A DNA stretch of 15,889 nucleotides from Octopus sinensis (Eukaryota), in contig NW_021825366.1 in the NCBI RefSeq assembly GCF_006345805.1, forward strand, positions 1 through 15,889, read 5' to 3'. Within the stretch, counting starts at the first letter, position 1. Every line of letters begins with the position of its first letter. This document shows, piece after piece, positions 1 to 10,082 of the stretch. The notes beneath the pieces were generated by a model. That model saw only the letters and a list, made by a program, of their open reading frames with translations. It was not told the DNA's origin and did not search any database. A program made the translations under genes and the position numbers.

Positions 1-369
1 CTGCCAATTTCGCAACATTCGCTATAGTCATCATTGCTGATTGTATTAATGTCACCCTCGCTAGACGCGTATTATATTGTTAAGCTTTTCAAAGTTTGCG
101 CGTGTATATATATATATATATATACACATTGCGTACTTCACCAGAAGACAGTCAGAAAAATGCTTTGCAACACATTCTTTTGATTGTTTCCATTATTGTA
201 CAACTACCTTATTAGGTATATACATACATACTCACTTGAGCATATACGCACAACCACACACTGGCGCACACATTTATTATAAATGGGTGTGCGTATATGT
301 ATTTCTAAAACGAGGCTTCTGAGTATGTGTATTTGTGTAGGTGGGATTAATATATAATTGTTTCATATC

Positions 370-403
370 TATGTATGTGCAATAATGCATGTATGCGTAT
401 GTC

Positions 404-435
<32 letters not shown>

Positions 436-456
436 GCATACCATATATATATAATA

Positions 457-488
<32 letters not shown>

Positions 489-523
489 ATATATATATAT
501 ATACATTATGTATATATGTACAT

Positions 524-556
<33 letters not shown>

Positions 557-616
557 TTTAAAATATATATATATATCACATATATATATATACATATATA
601 ATATATTACATATACA

Positions 617-650
<34 letters not shown>

Positions 651-705
651 TATATTATCTATATATAGATATATGTATGTATTATATACATATATATATA
701 TCACA
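370..705. repeat. Imperfect (TA)n microsatellite tract
   Basis: Near-continuous TA dinucleotides with sparse interruptions; explains ORFs 375..650 and 403..621 (IY/YI repeats). Confidence 0.95.
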
Positions 706-944
706 GACACGCCACCATTCCTATAGAGCCAGTCGTCGTACCTGACTGACATAAAAAGGGGAGGAAAGCCGGAGTGATGCCATCCTCTTGTTTGAAGCTT
801 ATCATTTATTACGAAGACATTACAAGAAATCTAACCCGTTTGATGAAGGGAAAGCATTAGAGAGAAGTTGTATTATACGCTGATTAATAATATAATCTTT
901 GATGCGTGTGGCCAGTGCAGATGATACATTGGCGGCGCTATTGC

Positions 945-1040
945 CGTTGTTGCTGTTGTTGTTGTTGTTAATGGTGGTAGTGGTGGTGGTGATGGTGCTG
1001 GTGGGTTATGGTTGTGGTAGGGATGGTGGTTACGGTGGTC
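945..1040. repeat. Degenerate (GTT)n/(GGT)n trinucleotide tract
   Basis: gttgttgctgttgttgttgttgtt followed by ggtggtagtggtggtggtgatggt; produces the poly-L/V and poly-P/T runs in the overlapping ORFs. Confidence 0.85.
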
Positions 1041-1174
1041 ATCCTGAAGGAATTGTGGCGGGGAGTGGCACGCTTGAACATCAATCACGGAGAGTAAATA
1101 TGACCATTACTTTCTGTAGATGCATTGTGGAATGTAGACAAGATTGTATTGGTGAAGGAGGGCTAGTAGGTGAT

Positions 1175-1530
1175 ATATGTGTGTTTATGTATATATATAT
1201 ATACATATATATATATAAGTATGTATGCATATAGACATATGCGTGTGTATGTGCATATATAGCATATATGCATATGTGTGTTTGTATATATATATATATA
1301 TATATATACTAGTATGAATGCATGCGTGCGTGTCTTTGTATGTCAGCATATACGTATATATACGTTTATATGTATATATCATATATATATATAATACATA
1401 TATATATATATATATATATACATAAAAATACATGGCGTATTACATAACGTATATATGTGTACGCATATGCACATATATTATGTAATATACATGCATATAT
1501 ATGCATACATACATATAAATATGTATATGC

Positions 1531-1576
<46 letters not shown>

Positions 1577-1678
1577 TATATATATATATAATATATATAT
1601 ATTTATATTATAGATAAGATATATATTTATATATAGATCTGTATATATTCGTTCTGCCTGTAGGTGTATATGTATGTG

Positions 1679-1732
<54 letters not shown>

Positions 1733-1851
1733 TTTATATGTGTACTTATATTTATGTGTATATATATATACATACGTATATATATATATATTTATGTGTG
1801 TATATATTTATAATATATATGTAAGTGTGTGCGTATATATATATAAGTATA

Positions 1852-1902
<51 letters not shown>

Positions 1903-1950
1903 TCATACATATGTGTACGTATATATATATATATTATATATACATATATC
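1175..1950. repeat. Compound (TA)n/(TG)n microsatellite region
   Basis: Long interrupted TA and TG/CA runs visible directly; boundaries approximate. Confidence 0.9.
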
Positions 1951-2129
1951 GAGAGCCATAAATAGATAAAGAGACAGGGAAAGGGAGAAAGAGAGTGAAA
2001 AGAATGAAAACGTAGATAAACTGAAAGTATGTGTGATGGAAAATACAGAGGAAAATATAGATAGGAAGAGTTTGTGAGGCGTCATATATTACGAACATTT
2101 TTCCTTACCATCCGAACCATCAAAAACAC

Positions 2130-2295
2130 TCACCACCACCACCAACGCCATCACCATCACCAGCAGCAACTACAATAAGGTGAACATAAACAACAACAAT
2201 TACAAACTACATCAACAACAGCTGAATCCAATTCTGCCAGTTCTACCACCAACAACACAGCAACGTCAAATTCACAACGTCACCTCCAACTCCAT
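2130..2295. repeat. Degenerate (CAN)n trinucleotide tract
   Basis: caccaccaccaccaacgccatcaccatcaccagcagcaac...caacaacag; C/A-rich and T-poor. Confidence 0.7.
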
Positions 2296-2624
2296 AAAGA
2301 ATCTTGCTCTAATGGTTATTGTTCGTCTGCTTGCTTGTAAGACTAGGCAATGGTGATCTAATATTCACAGCACATAAGAAATGCTTATATGACGAGTGAA
2401 AGTGTGGTGCTGGTGGTTGTGGTGGTGGTGGGGAACGTGTGGGTGTATGTATAAAAACAGGTATTTTATCCTCACATGCATATCGATGGAGTTGGTGTGG
2501 ATAAGGGTAGTCAGTTAAGACATAACGACTCTATTGTATTTTGGGCAATCTAGTGTTCAGATTTATGCAAGTAACTACAATTCTGCAAGGAAGATAATTC
2601 GGGAGACGCTGACGGCGATGGGTA

Positions 2625-2741
2625 GCATACACACACAATATATATATCTATATATATACACACATATATATATATATACACACACAAAACAACACACATA
2701 CGTACAAACGAATACATATAAATATATGATACACATACATG

Positions 2742-2785
<44 letters not shown>

Positions 2786-2786
2786 C

Positions 2787-2841
<55 letters not shown>

Positions 2842-2875
2842 ATATATATAATATATATATATATATAATATCAGT
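2625..2875. repeat. (TA)n/(CA)n microsatellite tract
   Basis: Direct observation; explains ORFs 2534..2851, 2648..2899 and 2739..2939. Confidence 0.95.
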
Positions 2876-3558
2876 ACATATGCAGATATGTATATGCATA
2901 TCGTTTTATCTAACAGTGAGTATGTGTGCGCATGTCTAGGTATGTCACTGTATTGTGAGAGTGAATTTAAAATAGATGAATACAGAATGAAGGAGAAATA
3001 AATGGATACATGCATAGATGATCTTGCAGATAATTACCACGCGCGCAAGTACTGCCGTACGTATATAAGTATACCACAAATCTAGCAATAGCTATTATAT
3101 ACATATATATATAGAGAGAGATTCACAGACATACACACATATACACATATTTGTATATATTCATATGAACATACATTGATACTTGCTGGTACACACTTAA
3201 ATAGATAATATGAGATAAGAGTAATGTCTAGACAAGCGTTCATGCATTTATGCTCATAGACACAGGCGGGCATATATACATATAAATGCTTGTCTATATG
3301 TATATATAGTTATATGTGTGAGTGTGTATATATGTATCCGATCGTGCGCATATATATTTTCTTGCTATTGTCTTATTGTTTTTAACCTTCCTGAAGATGG
3401 AAGAAGAATCATTCTACACGTATATGGGTTTCGATGTAACCGTCTCTGGAATGGGCACTACAATGGCTTTTCTTGTATTAGTATATTGGCCATAATTAAA
3501 TGATTGAACTTAACGATTAAAAAATCGCCACTCGATTAATGTATTACAAGCAAAACAG

Positions 3559-3867
3559 TTTTTTTGTTGTTGTTTGTTCCTTCTCGAGCCATGGCTGGCT
3601 CATAAAGGCCGGTTTCTCGGTCTCTTGGCGTATGGGTTCCCCACCGAGACGGGACGCCGGTCCATCGCAGGTGAGCTGGAAGATGCAGAAGGAAACAGAG
3701 ACAGTTTTGGCGAAAGAATCAGCAGAAGTTTCGCCATTACCTTCTACCAGAGCTGCGTGGATCTTTAGTGTTTCGCTCATAAACACACACCTCGCCCGGT
3801 CTGAGATTCGAACCCGCGATCCGTCGACCGTGAGGCCGCTGCTCTAAACACTAGGCCATGTGTCTCC
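3559..3867 (-). mobile_element. Full-length tRNA-derived SINE with (AAC)n/A tail and perfect 13-bp TSD
   Basis: Minus strand starts GGAGACACA-TGGCCTAGTGTT (A box, 3847-3858) with GGTTCGAATCT (B box, 3804-3814) and ends GAACAAACAACAACAAAAAAA. ACAAGCAAAACAG is duplicated at 3546-3558 and 3868-3880. Confidence 0.92.
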
Positions 3868-4018
3868 ACAAGCAAAACAGATAAATACGTTTAAAACAAT
3901 TTAATATAAATTTCACTGCTTCTCGACGCCTATATCATATGGTAATACCTATTCATAACTAACGGAGAGGAAGGTTAACTACGGCCGTTTCACTTGCTAG
4001 AAACAACTGAGAATCAAA

Positions 4019-4080
4019 ACCAGACTCTGCCACAGACACAGACCAGACTCTGCCACAGACACAAACCAGACTCTACCACA
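4019..4080 (+). repeat. 23-bp minisatellite, about 2.7 copies
   Basis: accagactctgccacagacacag / accagactctgccacagacacaa / accagactctaccaca. Confidence 0.95.
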
Positions 4081-4084
4081 TAAC

Positions 4085-4331
4085 ACCGATGCACGGCTAT
4101 GATACTCCTGCACTACTCCTTGTGGTCAGAGATACACATATCGTCAGTCATTCAGGGACATGCTCAATTGGTTAAGGTCAAACAAACGACAAGTAAATCT
4201 ATGGTACTGAGCAGAATATTTTCTGTGTATCATATTTTTCACCAAAACCAACATGTATCATACATGTTAACAATTCTAATGAGTGAAGAACAGAAGCCAA
4301 GTGAGCCAATGCTTGGTATCGAACGGAGCCC

Positions 4332-4332
<1 letters not shown>
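4085..4332 (+). mobile_element. Probable 3' end of a non-LTR retroelement (LINE or SINE) running into a (TTA)n tail
   Basis: Unique-looking sequence ending ...cagaagccaagtgagccaatgcttggtatcgaacggagccc directly before the (TTA)n run. It resembles an octopus repeat 3' end as I recall it (unverified). A weak possible TSD, aactaacg, lies at 3957-3964 and 4589-4596. Confidence 0.45.
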
Positions 4333-4394
<62 letters not shown>

Positions 4395-4523
4395 GTTATT
4401 ATTATTATTATTGTTATTGTTATTATTATTATTATTATTTTATTATTACTATTATTATTATTATTACTATTAATATTATTGTTATTATTATTATTATTAT
4501 TATTAATATTATTATTGTTGTTG

Positions 4524-4578
<55 letters not shown>
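4333..4578 (+). repeat. (TTA)n microsatellite, about 82 units, with TTG/CTA variants
   Basis: Direct observation; source of the poly-L/Y/I/N ORFs. Confidence 0.98.
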
Positions 4579-4929
4579 CATCTCGCTCAACTAACGCTTC
4601 TAAAATGTGAACGAATCGTATGGGTTCCTCGCGTTTGTTTTTCCTTTTATTTAGCACTAAGACAATCGAGAGCAAACAGAGGCATTATCAAAGACAGAGG
4701 CAATATTTCTTAATTGTGTTACGTACTGAGACACATTTGTCACAATTATATTTGTATTATAACTATTGATTGTTACTTGTGGGAAATCCATGCTGCTATT
4801 TTCAGCTAGACTGAATACGTAGATGCCCTTACATTACTTTGGTTAACAAAGGTAGTCCAGTGTTCTATCATATATAATAATATAAATAATATATAAATAT
4901 ATGCATATATACATACATATACGTACATA

Positions 4930-5150
4930 CCTACATATAATATACATGCATATGTGGGTACAGGACATAAAAAAACGTTGAACACAATGAAAAACGAAAA
5001 CATAAAAAGAAAAACATAGAAAAGAATTTCTTTTCGAAAAACGAAAAAAACAGAGAAACGAGACATACAACTTAAAAAATATTTCCCTTCTTCAGTTGTC
5101 CCTGTTTCAACTACTCTACACCCATATATGCATGTATATATACATATATA
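4930..5150 (-). mobile_element. Possible T-rich interspersed repeat (Penelope pseudo-LTR-like) flanked by TA-rich runs
   Basis: Minus strand is strongly T-rich (ttttctatgtttttctttttatgttttcgtttttcattgtgttc) and contains CTGAAGA at 5089-5095. Recognition is by general similarity only. Confidence 0.3.
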
Positions 5151-5196
5151 GGTAGGTATGTACATATATGTATGTATATAGGCATAGTTTTATATA

Positions 5197-5598
5197 CGAG
5201 CAAAACGCCTCCCTTCCAATGGACGGTGCTGCTATGTCAAACATTTAAACCAAATTTTCTCAAAACAACCGTCCCATAGGCCTCCCCTTTGAGAAACACT
5301 AATTTAACCTAAATTTGAGACACCAAACAGGCCGATTTTTTTGCGCAAACTCCACGTGCATTTCTCTCGAGTACGCGTAGCATCAATCGCAACAGCTGAT
5401 GTACTTACGCGTAGAAATTCACGTTCCCACGGCTTTATCCATCGCATTCTCACCTGGCATCGATTTTTGTAATTTTTTCAAGTCTTATACTCGCCCTGAT
5501 AACATCGGTATGTACAAATAAAATTTTAGCGCAATCGAATGGAGGTTGGCCGAGATCCTAGAAAACACACACAAAGACAGACAGATAGGATTTTATAC
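5197..5598 (-). mobile_element. Non-autonomous Helitron-like element, copy 1
   Basis: Colinear with 13406-13780 over both outer thirds. The minus-strand 3' end has a GC hairpin (5207-5229) followed by GTTTTG-CTCG|T. The opposite end is acacacacaaagacagacagataggattttata, a microsatellite plus TTTTATA end like that of Lep1-type short Helitrons. The 5' TC is not identifiable. Confidence 0.7.
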
Positions 5599-6069
5599 AA
5601 TACATTATTTATATAATCATATAATCGAATGCCACGCATCCTTTTCCAAGTAAGTTCTATCATATATATATATATGAATCGCTACAATCATCTTGGTTAG
5701 AGATGTAAAACCACGCAGACTGTTAGAAGTAGAATTCAGTTACATAAGCATTGTTAAACCGATGTGCATCAAGCATATATAAGTTAGCTATTATTGGCAG
5801 ATTTAGTAGGTAGAAAACAGCGTGAGAGCAACTTGATATCTTCATACGAATGCCGAGAATGCATTTGCTGTGTAGTACAACCGCCATTTGGCAGTTTCTT
5901 GTAACACCTTACTATTATAAAAAAAAAGAAGAGCATGTGGAAAACGCTCGCCGCTTAGACAGATATGTGAGCACACACCACACAACATACACACTCCACA
6001 GTCTCTAGAACTAATGCATGCAAATATTTTCGCATTTATATATGCATACACACACACTCATATATATTA

Positions 6070-6375
6070 CGTTTTTGTATTCTTATTGGTGTCACGTATT
6101 CTGTATTTTTGTTCGTGTACTTCGTTCGTTTTCCGTCCTCGTGTTGTATACATTCGAAGCTTTCTTCCAGGGGATCTAATGCGCTTGGCTTAGATTTCCT
6201 TTGGCGGGCTGGCCATATCGGAGCAATCTCAAGATTAATCAGCCGAAATTGCTAAGATGATCTGGTTCTTGACTGATGACTGAGGGCTTCGAATGTCCCG
6301 TCCTGTGGTTCTTGTGTCGTCTCTGTGGTGTTTTATGTTCTTGTCCATGTCTGTAATTATTTTTACTGTTTACCT
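6070..6375 (+). mobile_element. Possible T-rich interspersed repeat ending in (TA)n
   Basis: T-rich body (gtggttcttgtgtcgtctctgtggtgttttatgttcttgtcc) runs into a TA tract. It shares gtcctcg(t/c)gttg (6135-6146) with the HHR element and contains CTGATGA at 6273-6279. Confidence 0.35.
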
Positions 6376-6531
6376 ATATATATATATATATATATAAATT
6401 TATGCACACACACGCATATATAAATATATATATATTCACACATATGTACATATATTTATTTTTATGTGTGTATGTACTTGATAGTGCATATATATATATA
6501 TATAGATATATATATATATATATATTATATA

Positions 6532-6566
<35 letters not shown>

Positions 6567-6590
6567 ATATATATATACATATATATGCAT
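6374..6590. repeat. (TA)n microsatellite tract
   Basis: Direct observation. Confidence 0.95.
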
Positions 6591-6993
6591 GCAAAAACAT
6601 GTGTGTATAGATATGCATATATATTTATACTTATATCTATAAGTTATATGTGCCGTTCTATGCATTTGCTTAAGTGCGTTTGTATATGAATACATATGTA
6701 CGAGTGTGCCTGTGTGTATGTGTATTTGCGATTATGAGTGTATGCCTGTGAGTATGTGTGAAAAAAGCATGCGTGTGCGTACGTGTGTGCGTGCGTGCGT
6801 TGTTGTATGTATGTGGCAGTATGTGAGTGTGTATGCGGTGTATTAGTAAGTAATTGTAAGCATTTGGCACTTCTGATTTTATGACTGAATAACTAAGGAA
6901 GTAATTGTGTGAGTGAATGGCTCCATGAGTGATTATCTGAGTGATTGTTAAGATGGGAGGTAATGATGACGATAAAACAACCGCAGTCACTTG

Positions 6994-7004
6994 GATGATT
7001 ATGT

Positions 7005-7046
<42 letters not shown>

Positions 7047-7072
7047 CGACGACGATGATGATAATGTTGATA

Positions 7073-7126
<54 letters not shown>

Positions 7127-7188
7127 TTGATAATGATGATGGTGATGATGATGAGGATGACGATGATGATAACAACAACTACAACAGC

Positions 7189-7227
<39 letters not shown>

Positions 7228-7287
7228 CATAATAATAATGATAACAATAACAAAAACAACAATAATAGCATCGCCACCACCAACACA

Positions 7288-7331
<44 letters not shown>

Positions 7332-7400
7332 TCATAATAATCATAATAATAATAATAACAACAATAATAATAATAATGATGATGATAATAATAGTAATAT
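6994..7400 (+). repeat. Compound (GAT)n then (AAC/AAT)n trinucleotide array, about 400 bp
   Basis: Direct observation; yields poly-D/N, poly-M/I and poly-H/Y/I in the different frames. Confidence 0.98.
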
Positions 7401-7473
7401 CATTCTTGGTCACATCTTGTAAAATATATTACAAAATGTGCTGCAGAAAGGTTTTATACATTCTGTGTGAATG

Positions 7474-7529
7474 TACATACATACATACATACATACATAC
7501 ATACATACATACATACATACATACATACA

Positions 7530-7557
<28 letters not shown>
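7474..7557 (+). repeat. Perfect (TACA)21 tetranucleotide microsatellite
   Basis: 84 uninterrupted bases counted from the sequence. Confidence 0.97.
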
Positions 7558-7563
<6 letters not shown>

Positions 7564-7682
7564 CATATAAAATATAAAGACCCGACTAGATTATTTTATG
7601 CGGAACTCCATTGTCTCCTGAGACAAATATGAATGCCAACGACAATATACATTGTATATATGCATTGTCATCGAAGAGCTGC

Positions 7683-7842
7683 CTAGCTGGGGCATCGCCA
7701 TGAAGGGTTTATTGGAGCAAATGAACCTCAGTAATTCTGTATTTTGCGCCGTTCTTATTCTATCGGTATCGAATTCACGAATCGATAATATATGGAGATG
7801 CAAGGTAGACAGCATTGACTAGAAAGCGGTGGCAAGCGAAAA
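7683..7842 (-). mobile_element. Old SINE 3'-half remnant, paralogous to 8435-8620
   Basis: gctggggcatcgccatgaag...cttattctatcg...aagcggtg aligns with gctggggcaccaccttgaag...cttattctatcg...aagcagtg at 8466-8600. Strand is inferred from the linked tRNA-like head at 8921-9088. Confidence 0.65.
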
Positions 7843-7934
7843 AGAAACGCAATGATACATAGATATATAGGGTATATACACACACGTAAGCATTTACATA
7901 TATACATACACACACATGCCTATATATATGTATT

Positions 7935-7982
<48 letters not shown>

Positions 7983-8103
7983 TATAAACTTGACAAAGGA
8001 TGTGCATAACACCTACATTGCTAGAAATAGCAGCTAAAATGCTTATATATATATATATACATTTTTATCGTTGTAATTAAGGATGGAATATTTTGTACCA
8101 AAT

Positions 8104-8340
8104 AAACACACTCACGCAGTATATATTTGTTCTTCAATGCTTTATTATTGTTCTTACTCTAACTCATGTCCATTGTCCGAACATATTTTGTCACACATCT
8201 GTGACCTCTTCGGCAACAGCAAGAACGCATACGGAGAAGAAGAGTGTCGCTGAAGAGGGTCATAGATGTGTGACAAAGACATGAGTTAGAATAAGAACAA
8301 TAATAAACGAGTGAAGAACAAATATATAGTGCGTGTGTTT
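8104..8340. repeat. Long inverted repeat (arms 8104-8218 and 8245-8340, 26-nt spacer) whose arms carry decayed hammerhead-like motifs
   Basis: The reverse complement of the right arm matches the left arm, apart from scattered substitutions, small indels and a ~16-nt segment present only in the left arm. Confidence 0.9.
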
Positions 8341-8434
8341 GTCAAAAAGAATGACCATCCCTAAATACAACAAAATCTGTTTCAACACACGATTTCGCAT
8401 CAGGAGTCTTGCAACACAAATTCATGAACGTAGC

Positions 8435-8620
8435 TTTTTATCTTTTAGCTTCTATTCCTTAGGTGCTGGGGCACCACCTTGAAGATGTTTTAAATAAATG
8501 AATCGACCCCAATATTTATTTATTTAAAGTGCGTTACTTATTCTATCGAGCCACTACCTTTCGGGGGCACAAACATACCACATCGGCTGTCAAGCAGTGT
8601 ATTCGGGGAAAACACGGACA
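8435..8620 (-). mobile_element. SINE 3' half (same element as 8921-9088, interrupted)
   Basis: Paralogous to 7683-7842. From memory of an octopus SINE, this segment, an internal TA microsatellite and the segment at 8921-9088 form one element; the linkage is inference. Confidence 0.6.
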
Positions 8621-8716
8621 CAATGGCATACTTAAGTAGATATGCAAGCATATATACATGCATACTTACATACATACATATATATGGTCATTTCAAAACG
8701 TCACAAGTGAATCATA

Positions 8717-8910
8717 GGCGATTTTCTTCCTTCGTCTTCCCTTCTATTGCACTTTCCTCTGCTTCCGAAGAAGAGTGTCTGCTCGAAACGTTAAACCATC
8801 TTTCTTTACTTCCATGAGCGTCTGCTAATATTTTGCATGTGCCACATCCTCGCGTTGTGGTTTTTTTGTTTTCGTTTTTGTGTTTGTTCTTTTGTGGATT
8901 TACTATATAT
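8717..8910 (+). mobile_element. ~190-bp hammerhead-bearing non-coding element (Penelope pLTR/retrozyme-like), copy A
   Basis: Colinear with the reverse complement of 13792-13974: ggcg.ttttcttcc, cgtcttcccttct, gctcgaaacgttaaac, gagcgtc, tcctcgcgttgtg, ggatt.actatata. Confidence 0.85.
8761..8796 (+). ncRNA. Minimal type I hammerhead ribozyme, mutated (U4C, stem I mismatch)
   Basis: GCTT CCGAAGA A GAGT gtct GCTC GAAA C GT T AAAC. Confidence 0.6.
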
Positions 8911-8920
8911 ACATTCATAT

Positions 8921-9088
8921 ACGTATGGCTTCTTTCAGTCTCCGTCATGGAAAATCCGCTCACACAATCAGAAGGCTTTGGTTGGCCCGAAGCTCTAGTA
9001 GATGACACTTTCCTAAATTGTCATTCATTGGGAGTGAACCCGGAACCAAGTGACAGGGAAGCAAGCTCCTTAAACCGCCTCTCCACAC
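8921..9088 (-). mobile_element. tRNA-derived SINE 5' half, diverged
   Basis: Minus strand has a B-box-like GGTTCCGGGTTCACTCCC, then a CORE-like aatttaggaaagtgtcatctactagagcttcgggccaacc, running into a TA tract. Confidence 0.7.
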
Positions 9089-9183
9089 ACATATAGTTAT
9101 GGCATATTGAAGTTAAGAACGTAGTAGAGTACATAATAAAGATCGTCCACCTTCAGATTTCACCCTGTGCTATCCAATAGTAG

Positions 9184-9440
9184 TATTATAGGTACTTCCA
9201 GGGTTGTGTTGGCATCTCTCGTCTTGCAGTCAACAAAAAGTACATTTGGACATTTATTTTCTATCACCACAATTGTTTCCACGCAACGTGTTTCTCTAGA
9301 GTACATAGATATCAACAAATATGTGTACAAAGAAATCAAATATTAATGACTTTAGAACGGTATCCACTTTAACAAAAGCAGAATTACCATCCCACTACAT
9401 CTACACATTCGACACTGTTTGCCAACGCTCCTTCAGCAAC
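9184..9440 (+). pseudogene. Possible highly decayed Penelope-type reverse transcriptase fragment
   Basis: Manual translation gives YYRYFQGCVGIS...FIFYHHNCFH and, after frameshifts, T(S)IHFN. These resemble the PLE RT motifs YRYIDDC.G, FI.F.N.FHP and TSIHYK in order and rough spacing. The catalytic DD is lost. Confidence 0.3.
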
Positions 9441-9997
9441 TATACACCCTGATAAACCCATTGGTTTCTACTAAATTCAGTCCACGACAGACAGAGAGGA
9501 TGTTCTTGAAGCCGATAAGTTGAACTTACGGAGACAATGTTTATATATTATCTGAAGAAACACAACTAGATCTCATAATACAGTGAAACGGTTGCATAAT
9601 CAAGTACTTGTACGTCTGGAGAACTACGATGTGTGAAATTAATTGCAGTGGTAGAAGATAAATTTTCAACTGTACTCCATGTTGACTCCAAATTTTTTCA
9701 GTTATAGATATATATATATATATATATATTATATCGTTTTTGGATTTGGTTTGCAAGATTCTTTATGTGAGTTCGTGCGTTAAAGCATATTCTGTTGTGT
9801 CTGGGGAGAATTATTCTCTTTTGGTGCCTTATAATGTAACACACTCACCGGTAAAATTTCCAGTTATCTGTTTTTTTATTTTTCTAAAATTTTCGTTGCG
9901 TCTAGCAACCTTTGCATAGAAAAAGATAGATAGATAACTTGATAGTACCTGCTTCAAAAAAGAGAGAAAAAGAGGAAGATAGAAGAGTGAGAGAGGG

Positions 9998-10003
9998 AGA
10001 GGG

Positions 10004-10041
<38 letters not shown>

Positions 10042-10049
10042 ATAGGGAG

Positions 10050-10081
<32 letters not shown>
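9998..10081. repeat. Compound (TA)n/(TATG)n/(GA)n microsatellite
   Basis: Direct observation. Confidence 0.9.

Positions 10082-10082
<1 letters not shown>

Noticed and set aside
899-1234. ORF resembling a signal peptide or TM segment plus Gly-rich region, and the antisense His/Pro/Thr-rich ORF 873..1088
   Set aside because: Hydrophobic and Pro/Thr runs come from (GTT)n/(GGT)n, and the ORF ends in a TA tract; no recognisable family.
2078-2356. 92-codon ATG-poor open frame (T/N/Q-rich) with a GTAAGA donor-like site at 2337
   Set aside because: A T-poor (CAN)n tract avoids stops by composition, and there is no convincing acceptor. It cannot be fully excluded without RNA-seq.
3385-3430. CCTGAAGATGG motif
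   Set aside because: No GAAA and no stem I partner.
3539-3847. Three overlapping ORFs with normal-looking amino acid composition
   Set aside because: They lie essentially within the TSD-flanked SINE.
3795-3867. tRNA-like sequence (also 11345-11416)
   Set aside because: SINE heads: A and B boxes are present, but no complete cloverleaf or acceptor stem is evident and they continue into SINE bodies.
4019-4080. Short direct repeats that might suggest a CRISPR array
   Set aside because: Head-to-tail with no unique spacers, and the context is eukaryotic.
5020-5100. Minus-strand CTGAAGA and GAAA about 53 nt apart
   Set aside because: The intervening sequence does not form a stem II, so it is not called as a ribozyme.
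6670-7570. Long ORFs of 131-247 aa (poly-D/N, poly-M/I, poly-H)
   Set aside because: Open in several frames on both strands purely because of the (GAT)n/(AAT)n array; no complex domain.
9548-9600. CTGAAGA...GAAACGGTT hammerhead-like spacing
   Set aside because: Stem II does not pair convincingly and stem I is offset.
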